IMG/VR virus record: IMGVR_UViG_3300035459_000118
Span: 34,972-98,971 of that record
Source: a virus
DNA: 64,000 nucleotides
Direction: 5' to 3' (one strand)
Positions within the stretch are counted from its first letter, which is position 1, and every line of letters begins with the position of its first letter. This document shows positions 27,235-36,309 of the stretch, in pieces. The position numbers and the translations under genes are program-made. The notes beneath the pieces are model-generated. The model was not told the origin of the DNA and searched no databases. It saw only the letters and a list, made by a program, of their open reading frames with translations.

Positions 27235-27779
27235 ATGGAAATTGGGTCCTGACATTTACAGGCAAGGCGTTTCCTCTAATTAATATTGATCCTGAAAAGA
27301 TAGATATTCAAGATATTGCGCATTCTCTTTCTAATCAATGCAGATGGAACGGACATTGTCGACAATTTTATTCAGTTGCTGAACATTGCATTGAAATGTC
27401 GTTGATGGAAGGTATCAATCCTTTGGTTGGGTTACTTCATGATGCAGCAGAAGCATATATCGGGGACATCGTTTCCCCTTTGAAAAGAATTTTAAAAGGA
27501 GGATTTCAACCTCCATCATTAGGGTTGATCGAAGACAAATTGAACAGGACAATCGAAAAGAAATTTTCTTTACCTTTTTACAGTATAAATTCTCCATCCA
27601 TAGAACATGCCGACTGGATTCTCGTCGCGACCGAAAAGAGAGATATTGTTTCTCCTTGTGAGGCCGAATGGGGAATAGGTTTGCCGGCTCCCATGGAAAA
27701 GAAAATCGTCCCGGTTTTGGTTCCGCCACTCATTGAATTAAATTTCCTGGATAGGTTCAGAAAATTGACGGAGAAATAA
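27231..27779 (+). CDS. HD-domain 5'-deoxynucleotidase (YfbR/YfdR-like)
   Basis: CRWNGH, YSVAEH, LLHDAAEAYIGD. Confidence 0.88.
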   Translation: MNGNWVLTFTGKAFPLINIDPEKIDIQDIAHSLSNQCRWNGHCRQFYSVAEHCIEMSLMEGINPLVGLLHDAAEAYIGDIVSPLKRILKGGFQPPSLGLIEDKLNRTIEKKFSLPFYSINSPSIEHADWILVATEKRDIVSPCEAEWGIGLPAPMEKKIVPVLVPPLIELNFLDRFRKLTEK

Positions 27780-27780
27780 A

Positions 27781-28044
27781 ATGGCTGAAAACGGAGAATA
27801 TAGAGTCGTTTCAAATGGTTTCGTTTTCCTCGTTGAGCAATATGTAAAGAAACGATTTTTATTTTTTAGTTGGGGAAAATGGTATCTTTTGCATTCAATG
27901 TCACCAGATGGAGATTTCGATCAACCAAAAGAATTCAATACAGAAAAAGAAGCACGAGATAGAATTAAAGAACTCAAAAAACAAGATGAGGCAGAAAGTA
28001 AAAAACACCCGTTCGTTGAGGTTCCAGAATGGCCGAGAGCCTAG
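27781..28044 (+). CDS. Hypothetical protein
   Basis: GGAG RBS. Confidence 0.55.
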   Translation: MAENGEYRVVSNGFVFLVEQYVKKRFLFFSWGKWYLLHSMSPDGDFDQPKEFNTEKEARDRIKELKKQDEAESKKHPFVEVPEWPRA

Positions 28045-28214
28045 GGCAAATCCCTTTTGGGAATACACATAAAGGAAAAGACATTGAAGATTGTCCGACT
28101 GATTATCTGACTTGGCTCAAAGGCGAAAAATGGTTCCAGGATAAGTATCCTGCATTGCGCAAGAATATACTTGCGGAATTGAAATACAGAGAAAGATTTG
28201 GTGACCCGGAATGA
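28029..28214 (+). CDS. Small PFG-K-G domain protein (DUF3820-like)
   Basis: IPFGNTHKGKDIEDCPTDYLTWL. Confidence 0.65.
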   Translation: MAESLGQIPFGNTHKGKDIEDCPTDYLTWLKGEKWFQDKYPALRKNILAELKYRERFGDPE

Positions 28215-28840
28215 AAATCATAGGCATTATAGGCAAAAAGGGATCGGGTAAAACAACCTTTGCTAATTACCTTCAAGCTGAGTTTGAAAAGGCTCCCAAG
28301 GAACTTGCTCTCCGATTTTCATTCGGGAAACCCCTGAAACAGATGATCGAACAAGCCGAAATTTGTTCACATAAAGAACTCTATGAAGAAAAAACGGCAT
28401 TTTCGCGCCTGATGATGCAAAAGATCGGAACGGAGATTATTCGTCGTATTGATCCTGATTATTTTTGCAAGCAAATGTGGAATGGCTTACATACAGCCTT
28501 TTCACACGAACCAACCTCTATTATCATTATTGATGATGTCCGTTTTAAAAACGAAGCCCAGCTTATCCGGTCATTGGGAGGAATTTTAATCAAAATAGAA
28601 AGAGAGATTCAAAAGCAAGAAGATAATCATACCTCAGAAATTGAACAAGATACGATTCGTTATCATCTTCTTTACCAAAATAATGTCTCATTAGAAAACC
28701 TCCAGAAACAAGCACAATATTTTTGTTCATGGTCCTCAGAAGAAAACGCTAACTGTATGCCAACCCGAAAAGAACATTTCCGAAAGGAGAATACAAAATC
28801 ATGGAGATCATTCGTCCCTCGTTCCAGATACTCGCTATGA
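28211..28840 (+). CDS. Deoxynucleoside monophosphate kinase
   Basis: GKKGSGKT, MQKIGTE, IDDVRFKNE, HTSE. Confidence 0.88.
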   Translation: MKIIGIIGKKGSGKTTFANYLQAEFEKAPKELALRFSFGKPLKQMIEQAEICSHKELYEEKTAFSRLMMQKIGTEIIRRIDPDYFCKQMWNGLHTAFSHEPTSIIIIDDVRFKNEAQLIRSLGGILIKIEREIQKQEDNHTSEIEQDTIRYHLLYQNNVSLENLQKQAQYFCSWSSEENANCMPTRKEHFRKENTKSWRSFVPRSRYSL

Positions 28841-29928
28841 CCGGTCACCCGGAGCTTCCGTATCAATATCAGCCAAACCCGGAACTGTTGATCGAAGCTG
28901 CCGGGAGAACCTGTTACAAATCCGAAGACAAGATCACCGAAGGGTCGGCAAAGGATTTCGTTGCAATGGCCCAGGAAAAGAAACACCTAACTGTCCTGGA
29001 ACATTCCTGGGAGGTGAGAAGGTATCCAACAGGATTGATGACTCCGTTGCAATATTCTGGAAACTGGAGTAAATATCTTCATATTTCAGAATTTACTGAC
29101 AGTGGGAAAGAGCTTACCATTGCGGGAAGCACAAGGGCATTTAATGAAGCAAAAACAAACAAGAAAGAATTAGAAGAGTACGCATATTTTGATTTACAAG
29201 AAAAAGAAATAAGGCTTTACTCTCAAGAATTCAACGAACCGTTCCTCATGGCTGCAACCGTCCGCTTTATCTGCGATCGCGGAGCCTCCCATGAAATCGT
29301 CCGGCACCGTCCGCCTGGAATTTCTCAGGAAAGCACACGGTACGTGAACTATTCCAAAAAGGGAATGCAGTTCATTCAACCTTGTTGGTGGGATGAATCC
29401 AGTGAATATGCCAAGAACCTCTGGATATTTCAGATGCAAGATAGCGAAAGACGATATAACGAATTGATTAAAGAAGGCTGGATTCCTCAGCGAGCACGCG
29501 CAGTGCTTCCCAATTCCCTCAAGACAGAATTGGTCTTGACGGCTCCGCTTTCGGAATGGCAACATATCTTCCGGCAACGGGCATTGTCATTGATGGGGAA
29601 AGCCCATGAACAAATGGAAGAGGTTATGATTCCCACCTGGGAGACTTTTAAGAAACTGGAACCGCAGTTCTTTGGTGAAGAAGTTTTAAACGATAAAAAG
29701 AAAATGCTTTGGCAAATACACCATCAGTTTCAGGATGGCCATACCGAAATGATTGCTCAGCACGAAGAAATGTTGCCAGAACAAATGAGAGATTGGCAAA
29801 AAGAGATTGCGTTGGATTGGCCTTTACCCGAAGGAGCTCAATGGCTTTTGTGTAATGAAAAATCTGAATATTTCGTCTGGATAACCACCGAGGAAGAAAT
29901 GGAGCGGACCAAGGCAAAATATAAGTAA
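28801..29928 (+). CDS. thyX: Flavin-dependent thymidylate synthase with an extra C-terminal domain
   Basis: AGRTCYKS, H..VLEH, SHEIVRHR..SQESTRY, ARAVLP. Confidence 0.93.
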   Translation: MEIIRPSFQILAMTGHPELPYQYQPNPELLIEAAGRTCYKSEDKITEGSAKDFVAMAQEKKHLTVLEHSWEVRRYPTGLMTPLQYSGNWSKYLHISEFTDSGKELTIAGSTRAFNEAKTNKKELEEYAYFDLQEKEIRLYSQEFNEPFLMAATVRFICDRGASHEIVRHRPPGISQESTRYVNYSKKGMQFIQPCWWDESSEYAKNLWIFQMQDSERRYNELIKEGWIPQRARAVLPNSLKTELVLTAPLSEWQHIFRQRALSLMGKAHEQMEEVMIPTWETFKKLEPQFFGEEVLNDKKKMLWQIHHQFQDGHTEMIAQHEEMLPEQMRDWQKEIALDWPLPEGAQWLLCNEKSEYFVWITTEEEMERTKAKYK

Positions 29929-29932
29929 AAAA

Positions 29933-29953
29933 TCCTTTAAACCAAGGTATAAT
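29933..29953 (+). promoter_or_regulatory. Phage promoter motif copy 5
   Basis: tcctttaaa-ccaa-ggtataat. Confidence 0.65.
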
Positions 29954-29970
29954 AAATATAGGAGGAAGAA

Positions 29971-30110
29971 ATGGAATTTATGATTTTCTTTTGGATTATT
30001 GGAGCCGGATTTACCACTGGACTTCAATCTATTTTACACGACCCTAAATGAATTTTTTTATCTGGCCCTTTTACCTTGGGACTTTAATTGGCGAGATTGC
30101 TAAAAAATGA
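29971..30110 (+). pseudogene. Small two-helix membrane protein gene broken by a 1-nt frameshift
   Basis: MEFMIFFWIIGAGFTTG..PK* then in the -1 frame MNFFIWPFYLGTLIGEIAKK*, whose stop overlaps the sbcC ATG. Confidence 0.45.
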
Positions 30111-31366
30111 CTGAATATCTCAAAAGCTTGGGCATCGTCAACTTCCTCAATCACAAGGAACTTCTGGTCGAATTTTGCCCAGGGTTTAACGTGATTGCGG
30201 GAGCAAGCGACTCTGGGAAGTCGGCTATTCTAAGATCAATTTCGTGGATAACCAAAAATGATCCTACAGGAGACGCAATAAAGAACTGGGATGCAAACAA
30301 GAAAGAGTCTGTTTGCGCAGAAATGACGTTTGAAGATACAGATTCCAAAGCGCAAAGGTCCGTTATAAAAGAGCGTGTCGGTTCAACCTCATCATATACA
30401 CTTTCAACCCTCCCGAATAAACTTGATGTTGTCGGCCGGGGAGTCCCAACCGAAGTACAGGAATTCTTGAATTTCTCCGATCTCAACTTCAAAGGCCAGC
30501 ACGACCCATACCTCCTCCAGCTTTCTGGTGGGGAAATGGCAAAGAAGATCAATGACCTGGTTGGGACAAGTGACATTGATATTTCCCTCAAGAACCTCAA
30601 CAGCAAAGCACTTACCGTAAAAAGAAATTGCGAAGAACTCACCGCAGGAATAAAACAGAAAACCGAAGAAATCGAGAAGATGTCCTATCTGGAACAATTG
30701 GGCCAGGATATCTCGGAAATAGAAAGTCTAGAGAAAAAACGCACAGAATCTTTTGCATTATTGGGGAATATCAACAAAACTGTTACAGACATCAAAACTA
30801 TTCAAGACGAGATTGCTTATAATGATTCTGTTCTCGAAGTTGCAGAGCCTGCCGAAGAAGTCAACGCAATGATTTCTTCTCTTGAACAAAAAGAAACAAG
30901 ACTTTTAACAATACATAAAACCATCGAATTCATCAGGGTCCTTAAAGAATCAATTGATAAAGAAACCCGCTTATTGAAAGCCGAACCACTATGGAATGAA
31001 CTTGCTAACCTTATCGTAGAATTGGAAGAGAAACAAAAAAGGAAGAACGAAATATCTTCACTCGTTACTTCTATTGAACATCTTTCCTCTTCCATCGAAA
31101 CAGAAAATGCATGGCTGGAAGCAGATGCTCCTCGAAACGAAACTACAAATTTGATAACTCAGTTACAAGAAAAAGAAACAAGGCTTGCCAGAATAAAATT
31201 AAGGCTCCAAGCAATAGATCGCTTACGAGAAGATATTGATAAACAAGAAAAAGAAGTAACTGCAAAGAAAAATGATTTAGAGGAATTTCTCAAAACATCA
31301 GGAATATGTCCGACATGCCTCAGAGAATATGAACAAGATACAATTTGCAGGATGGTGAACCGATGA
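30107..31366 (+). CDS. sbcC: SbcC/Rad50/gp46 N-terminal half (Walker A, coiled coil, zinc hook)
   Basis: GASDSGKS, Q-loop region, long coil ending in CPTC. Confidence 0.85.
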   Translation: MTEYLKSLGIVNFLNHKELLVEFCPGFNVIAGASDSGKSAILRSISWITKNDPTGDAIKNWDANKKESVCAEMTFEDTDSKAQRSVIKERVGSTSSYTLSTLPNKLDVVGRGVPTEVQEFLNFSDLNFKGQHDPYLLQLSGGEMAKKINDLVGTSDIDISLKNLNSKALTVKRNCEELTAGIKQKTEEIEKMSYLEQLGQDISEIESLEKKRTESFALLGNINKTVTDIKTIQDEIAYNDSVLEVAEPAEEVNAMISSLEQKETRLLTIHKTIEFIRVLKESIDKETRLLKAEPLWNELANLIVELEEKQKRKNEISSLVTSIEHLSSSIETENAWLEADAPRNETTNLITQLQEKETRLARIKLRLQAIDRLREDIDKQEKEVTAKKNDLEEFLKTSGICPTCLREYEQDTICRMVNR

Positions 31367-32277
31367 AACTTCTCTGCCTTGGTGACCTACATCTTACCGA
31401 CAATCGGCCAGTCAACAGAACGGACGATTATTGGGAAACCTGTAAACGAAAAGTAAACTTCGTCTTTGATACAGCAGAGCAAGAAGAAGTCAATGCAATA
31501 GTTTCTCCTGGTGATTTAACCGATACCCCTACTCTTTCCAACCTCGAACTCAAAGAACTCATTCAATTATTTCAGCGAAGGCTAAATATTGACTGGCTTT
31601 GTACTTGGGGCCAGCACGATCTTCGTTACAGGACCAAACCCAACAGTGCACTGAGTGTCCTGGAACAATCTATCCCTAATTTATTTATCGTCCAGTATAA
31701 AAACTTGAAAGATATGATTAGGAGCCAAGTTGTTGTTCAAGGTTCGGGATACGGGGAGGAAATCCCCAAGCCAGTTGAAGAGCATTTCAATGTTCTTCTT
31801 GTCCACCGAATGATCATTGAAGAAAAACTCTGGAGTACCCAGGAAGTCTATGAACCTTCCAATATTTTCCTTCGCCAACATCCTTTTGATCTCATTGTCT
31901 CGGGAGACAATCACCAAGGGTTTGTCGCTCAAGCTGCCGGGAGCAAAAGGCTGCTGATAAATTGCGGGGCAATGATGAGAAATTCCATTGCTCTCATGAA
32001 CCACAAACCATTCGTCGTTGTATTCGATACTGAAACCCGCAAGCACAAACAGATATTCATTCCCATCGAACCTGCGGAGACGGTCTTTCGGATGGAAAAG
32101 GTAATTGTCGAAAAAGAACGCAACGAGAATCTGGATGCTTTTGTCTCCGGTCTTGAAAGCCAAAAAGAAGTAGGTTTGTTGTTCCAGGATAATCTTCTTC
32201 GATATGCGGAAAAGAACAATATCGGTCAAGAAATCCTTGATGAAATTTATGAATCATTTAAAAAGAAGAAAGGATAA
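31363..32277 (+). CDS. sbcD: SbcD/Mre11/gp47 nuclease
   Basis: GDLH, PGD, GQHD, H, SGDNH, NCGA metallophosphoesterase motifs. Confidence 0.9.
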   Translation: MKLLCLGDLHLTDNRPVNRTDDYWETCKRKVNFVFDTAEQEEVNAIVSPGDLTDTPTLSNLELKELIQLFQRRLNIDWLCTWGQHDLRYRTKPNSALSVLEQSIPNLFIVQYKNLKDMIRSQVVVQGSGYGEEIPKPVEEHFNVLLVHRMIIEEKLWSTQEVYEPSNIFLRQHPFDLIVSGDNHQGFVAQAAGSKRLLINCGAMMRNSIALMNHKPFVVVFDTETRKHKQIFIPIEPAETVFRMEKVIVEKERNENLDAFVSGLESQKEVGLLFQDNLLRYAEKNNIGQEILDEIYESFKKKKG

Positions 32278-32280
32278 ATT

Positions 32281-32565
32281 ATGCCTTTATTTATCGGAGG
32301 GATAAAAGATGGAGAATGGGTTGATGTTCTTCTTCCCTACCCTCGTACTTTTAAAACTCGTAAAACATTTAGTATTTTTGATGCCCATAAATGGTTAGAA
32401 GAAAATAAAGAATTAACTGGACCAGATTTGGAAACTCAAACATATAGAAGAGAAGAATTCATTGAAGGAAATATAACTTTTACGGTGTACGTTCCTATTG
32501 AAATGAAAGAATCCATCTTTAATCAATTATTACAATGGTATCGAAAACCAAAGGAGGAGTCGTAA
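32281..32565 (+). CDS. Hypothetical protein
   Basis: LFIGGIKDG start; AT-rich. Confidence 0.55.
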   Translation: MPLFIGGIKDGEWVDVLLPYPRTFKTRKTFSIFDAHKWLEENKELTGPDLETQTYRREEFIEGNITFTVYVPIEMKESIFNQLLQWYRKPKEES

Positions 32566-32567
32566 TC

Positions 32568-32828
32568 ATGCCAACAAAAGAAATCAATATTGAAGAAATT
32601 AAAACAGAGATGGATCGCCTTGGTAAAGTTTTGGAGACAGCCAAAACTAACAAGGCCACTTTCACCGGGAGACTCCAGGAAGCGATGAAGCGTTTAAAGG
32701 AGGATCTTAAATTCTCTTCGGTTGAAGAAGCCTCTGCCGAAGCTGTTCTTCTGGACGCTGACTGCAAGAAATTGCAAGAACAAATCAATTCCAAGTATAC
32801 CAGTCTTCAGGAGAACTACGAATGGTAA
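32568..32828 (+). CDS. Short coiled-coil protein (possible middle piece of SbcC)
   Basis: GGAGG RBS; heptad pattern. Confidence 0.6.
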   Translation: MPTKEINIEEIKTEMDRLGKVLETAKTNKATFTGRLQEAMKRLKEDLKFSSVEEASAEAVLLDADCKKLQEQINSKYTSLQENYEW

Positions 32829-33031
32829 GGGAAGAATGGTTAAGCCTTCCAATCTGGATAAGAATATGGCGTGTCCTTTTCTGCTCACATCCTTTTAATA
32901 AGAGCGAAAAGATTGGAATTGTTAAATGCCCTCCACTTGATGAATTCGGATACGTGTTTGTAATCCATGTCAGAAGGTGTAATCTTTGCAATAAATTTTT
33001 TATAGACAGCGGAATGGAGAGGGAATCATGA
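32822..33031 (+). CDS. Small zinc-ribbon-like protein
   Basis: CSH..CNLC; coupled to the next gene. Confidence 0.5.
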   Translation: MVREEWLSLPIWIRIWRVLFCSHPFNKSEKIGIVKCPPLDEFGYVFVIHVRRCNLCNKFFIDSGMERES

Positions 33032-33639
33032 TTACTTCCATCCAAGATGCCAGGAAAATATACGAACAGCGCATCGGCAGTCGTGATACCTATGCCAAAC
33101 AAAAGGCCGAAAAGGAACAAGAACTTGTCCTGGCAAATCAAAAATATGAAAACGTCATAAAAGCCCGAGCAGTAGTTCAAGCTGTTGCCAAGGAAACCCA
33201 ACAGAGTATTGAAATTCATATCAGCAATTTAGTTACAATGGCTTTGGCTTCGGTATTTCCTGAACCTTATGAATTCAAACTTGAGTTTGTCGAGCGCAGG
33301 AATTCCACCGAGGCAGACAGAGTCTTTTTAAAGAATGATAATCGAATAGATGATATTCTGAACTTTGGTGGTGGAGGGGTTGCAGACGTAGCCAATTTTG
33401 CTTTGATCATATCTCTTTGGGCATTAAAAAAGACCCGGCCCATATTCATCAACGATGAACCAGACAAATTCCTTCATAACATTGCCTACCAGGAACGAGC
33501 CAGTGCTATGATGAAAATGCTTTGCGAGAAGCTTAGCATTCAAATGATCATTGTTTCAGATCAGCAAAACATTATTGCAGCCGCAGACAAAGTGATCAGA
33601 ATCGGATGCAAAGACGGAATATCTTTTGTGGAGGAATGA
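33028..33639 (+). CDS. sbcC: SbcC/Rad50 C-terminal half (signature and Walker B)
   Basis: FGGG signature, IFINDEP, IIVSD, ADKVI. Confidence 0.85.
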   Translation: MITSIQDARKIYEQRIGSRDTYAKQKAEKEQELVLANQKYENVIKARAVVQAVAKETQQSIEIHISNLVTMALASVFPEPYEFKLEFVERRNSTEADRVFLKNDNRIDDILNFGGGGVADVANFALIISLWALKKTRPIFINDEPDKFLHNIAYQERASAMMKMLCEKLSIQMIIVSDQQNIIAAADKVIRIGCKDGISFVEE

Positions 33640-33642
33640 AAA

Positions 33643-34095
33643 ATGGATTTCAAGGAAGAATATGGTGAGAAAAGAAAACCTGATGCAGATGAAGAAGACT
33701 ATTTCATCGGGGTAAAAGGACTGGAAAGAAAAGCCAAAAGAGATGGATTGAATATCATTTTGCCGGGACCAAATGAACTGTTTATAGACATCGATTCCGA
33801 AGAAGAGTATCAGCAATTTCAAGAAAAAATGAAGTGGTTCCGCGACGTTATGCCCGAACAGTATGGGATGTATTTAAGTATTGTAAAAGAAATGCCATCA
33901 AAAAGTGGATTGCCAAGAAGGCATATTACTGTCTATGTTGAGTTTCCCGAAGATCATGACTTAAATCCTTGGGAAAGGATTTGTCTCCAATTTTGTCTCG
34001 GGTCAGACTTCAAACGAGAACGTCTTTCAACTTGCCGCATGTTGATCGGCGAAGAAGAATACGCAACCGCCTTTTTGGAAAAGAAGGAGGAATAA
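33643..34095 (+). CDS. Hypothetical protein with AEP-like motifs
   Basis: ELFIDID, SKSG..RH. Confidence 0.55.
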   Translation: MDFKEEYGEKRKPDADEEDYFIGVKGLERKAKRDGLNIILPGPNELFIDIDSEEEYQQFQEKMKWFRDVMPEQYGMYLSIVKEMPSKSGLPRRHITVYVEFPEDHDLNPWERICLQFCLGSDFKRERLSTCRMLIGEEEYATAFLEKKEE

Positions 34096-34236
34096 ATGAC
34101 CCTTTCCTTCTGGCAAATCGTTGCGATCAGTTACATCGCGGGTTTGATTTCTTCCCCATTCATTATATGGGGAGTCTGCAAATTAACCTTCTGGGGTTTC
34201 AACAGAATATTCGATGGATTGGCAGAAGGAGACTAA
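34096..34236 (+). CDS. Small membrane protein (46 aa, not in the ORF track)
   Basis: GGAGG RBS; MTLSFWQIVAISYIAGLISSPFIIWG.. Confidence 0.55.
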   Translation: MTLSFWQIVAISYIAGLISSPFIIWGVCKLTFWGFNRIFDGLAEGD

Positions 34237-34237
34237 G

Positions 34238-34942
34238 ATGGCCAAAGGCGGAGGATTTGAAAGAGAAGTTTGTTATATCTTGTCAAAATGGATTACCAAT
34301 GGCAAGATGGATGACGCTCTAGGTCGCAGCGACGGTTCTGGAAGCAGGTTTACAGCCAGAAAGAAATCCGGAAAAGACACCGCTAACATGGCAGGAGATA
34401 TTACTTTTACGCACAAGGCAGGAATGTCGCTCATAAAAGTATGGAGCCTTGAGTGTAAATCGGGCTACGGAAGAAAGAAAAAAATCAAAGACAAAGAAGG
34501 AAAATTAGTCAAGAAGATTCAGGACCGTTGGGATATCCTTGACTGCCTTGACTCCAGACAAGAAGAGCCAACATTTCTTGCGATGTGGAGTCAATGCAAA
34601 AGGGATGCAGGACTTTCTCATAGGGAGTCGGTGCTTATTTTTCGGAGAAACCTACATGGGATTTGCATAGCTATGCAACATGAATATTTTCTTCGGCTGA
34701 CAGGTTTCTTCGGGGATTACCCTTCAACAGCCCTTGTTTTACATCTGCCTCAGCAAGAAAGAAAAAATCCATATTTTTTAACTGCTAAAGATTTAAAAGA
34801 ACTTCCTAATAGACGTTTTCGCACTCCGTTACCAACCCCCCAGATAGAAAAGGAGAAAATCATGATCATGTTCTTGAAAGATTTCGTCAAATGGTTGCCG
34901 AATAACTTCGTCAATCTTGTCCATGGAAAAAATCAGCCGTGA
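34238..34942 (+). CDS. Holliday junction resolvase (Hjc-like PD-(D/E)xK)
   Basis: KGGGFERE, SGS, GDI, LECK. Confidence 0.8.
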   Translation: MAKGGGFEREVCYILSKWITNGKMDDALGRSDGSGSRFTARKKSGKDTANMAGDITFTHKAGMSLIKVWSLECKSGYGRKKKIKDKEGKLVKKIQDRWDILDCLDSRQEEPTFLAMWSQCKRDAGLSHRESVLIFRRNLHGICIAMQHEYFLRLTGFFGDYPSTALVLHLPQQERKNPYFLTAKDLKELPNRRFRTPLPTPQIEKEKIMIMFLKDFVKWLPNNFVNLVHGKNQP

Positions 34943-35418
34943 AGCGTTACTTCTGGTTGATAGTCGTCTTTCTGGTATTATCCCCTTCTAAACTTCCTGG
35001 AGGTTTGTTTTCTCTTTCCTTAACTGACGAGATTCGCACCAAGTTGTTGATGAATCATTTTCCTGAAAAATTAACCGATCCAATAGAAATAGCTGCTCTT
35101 AGATGGGGAATTGATCCCAACTTAATAATCGCAATCATACAAACAGAAAGCGAATTTAAAAAATATGCAAAGTCCAGCAAGAGATACCATGGCTACATGC
35201 AAATCCCAAAGCCGATATACGATGAATATCTCAATATTGATATTGGGACTGGTATCCTGAGGGAAAAGATCAATAGAGCAAATGGCAATATTCGTATTGC
35301 AAACTTTTACTATAAAGGATTCAAAGTCACTTCTAGTAGAGGAAAATGGGCTGTCAACCGAGTAATGAAAATATACGCAAATTTAAAAGAGGGAAAATAT
35401 GCAGAACATGGAATGTAG
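34939..35418 (+). CDS. Lytic transglycosylase (SLT) with N-terminal signal/anchor
   Basis: AIIQTESEF, GYMQI, NIDIG, Y. Confidence 0.8.
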   Translation: MKRYFWLIVVFLVLSPSKLPGGLFSLSLTDEIRTKLLMNHFPEKLTDPIEIAALRWGIDPNLIIAIIQTESEFKKYAKSSKRYHGYMQIPKPIYDEYLNIDIGTGILREKINRANGNIRIANFYYKGFKVTSSRGKWAVNRVMKIYANLKEGKYAEHGM

Positions 35419-35577
35419 ATTCTTCATTTTAACGTCTAGGAGCCGTTCCAGCAAACCGAACGGGGAAAGTCCCACCTTAGAAAAGAAAACTCTGCCTGCC
35501 TTAAATTTGACCTGTTCAACCGGGTAAAGCAACGCATAATCCAAATAAAACTGATCTGGTAGGTGGAGGAAAAGTCA

Positions 35578-36156
35578 ATGGATAGTGAAGATATCGAAAA
35601 ATGTGAAATCCTGATCAAGCAATGGGAACAAGCTACCGATAAATCAGAAAAATCCAATCTACGCAATCATCTTTTTGAAATCATTCGCCCATCGATCAAT
35701 CAATGGGTATCTTCTATTGTCGGAAAGAAAGGCATGCATTTTACTCCTCAGGAAGTCCAGTCGAAAAGCTGGGACTGCTTTGAGTATTGCCTGAAGCACT
35801 TCAAGCCAGAAAGCAAGGTCCCCTTACTAGGGCACTTTTACTCATATACGCGATTCATGCTGTCTGTCGTTCCAAAAAATAAAGAAATCGACGATGAAGA
35901 TATAGATCAGAAGAAAGATCCGGAAGACGACCTATTTTTTGTGTATGCCCAGATTGAAGAACTGAGGGCTTTCAGGCATTTGCTTCCTCCAGAATACGGA
36001 ATGGTCTTTGACGATGCTTTGATGAGCCTTGTCCCGGACTGCCGTCAAAGAGTAGACCGGATTAAAAGTCTTGGAGATTCCACCTCACGATATGTGAAAT
36101 ATCGTGAGGCAAAGAGGATATTCAAGATTGTGATAAGCTTTTTGCTTATGCGATAA
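35578..36156 (+). CDS. Putative phage sigma factor (region-2-like)
   Basis: RNHLFE..QEVQSKSWDCFEYCLKHFKPESKVPLLGHFYSYTR resembles sigma70 region 2; GGAGG RBS. Confidence 0.5.
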   Translation: MDSEDIEKCEILIKQWEQATDKSEKSNLRNHLFEIIRPSINQWVSSIVGKKGMHFTPQEVQSKSWDCFEYCLKHFKPESKVPLLGHFYSYTRFMLSVVPKNKEIDDEDIDQKKDPEDDLFFVYAQIEELRAFRHLLPPEYGMVFDDALMSLVPDCRQRVDRIKSLGDSTSRYVKYREAKRIFKIVISFLLMR

Positions 36157-36158
36157 AA

Positions 36159-36179
36159 TTCGTTAAAAGATGGTATAAA
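36159..36179 (+). promoter_or_regulatory. Phage promoter motif copy 6 (variant)
   Basis: ttcgttaaa-agat-ggtataaa. Confidence 0.55.
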
Positions 36180-36309
36180 AGGGCAGGAGTGGTGGCGAAA
36201 CTTCTGTGACGACTCTATGTATCTCCAGCCTATAGAGTTCTTCCTTATTGACCCTATTAAATTCCCCGAACTCATAGCCGCCTTCGGGCGAGAAAGGTTA
36301 GGGTGGTGA

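Noticed and set aside
36184-36309. Short frame ending MYLQPIEFFLIDPIKFPELIAAFGRERLGW*
   Set aside because: May be a gene remnant or a 30-aa peptide, but there is too little evidence to call.
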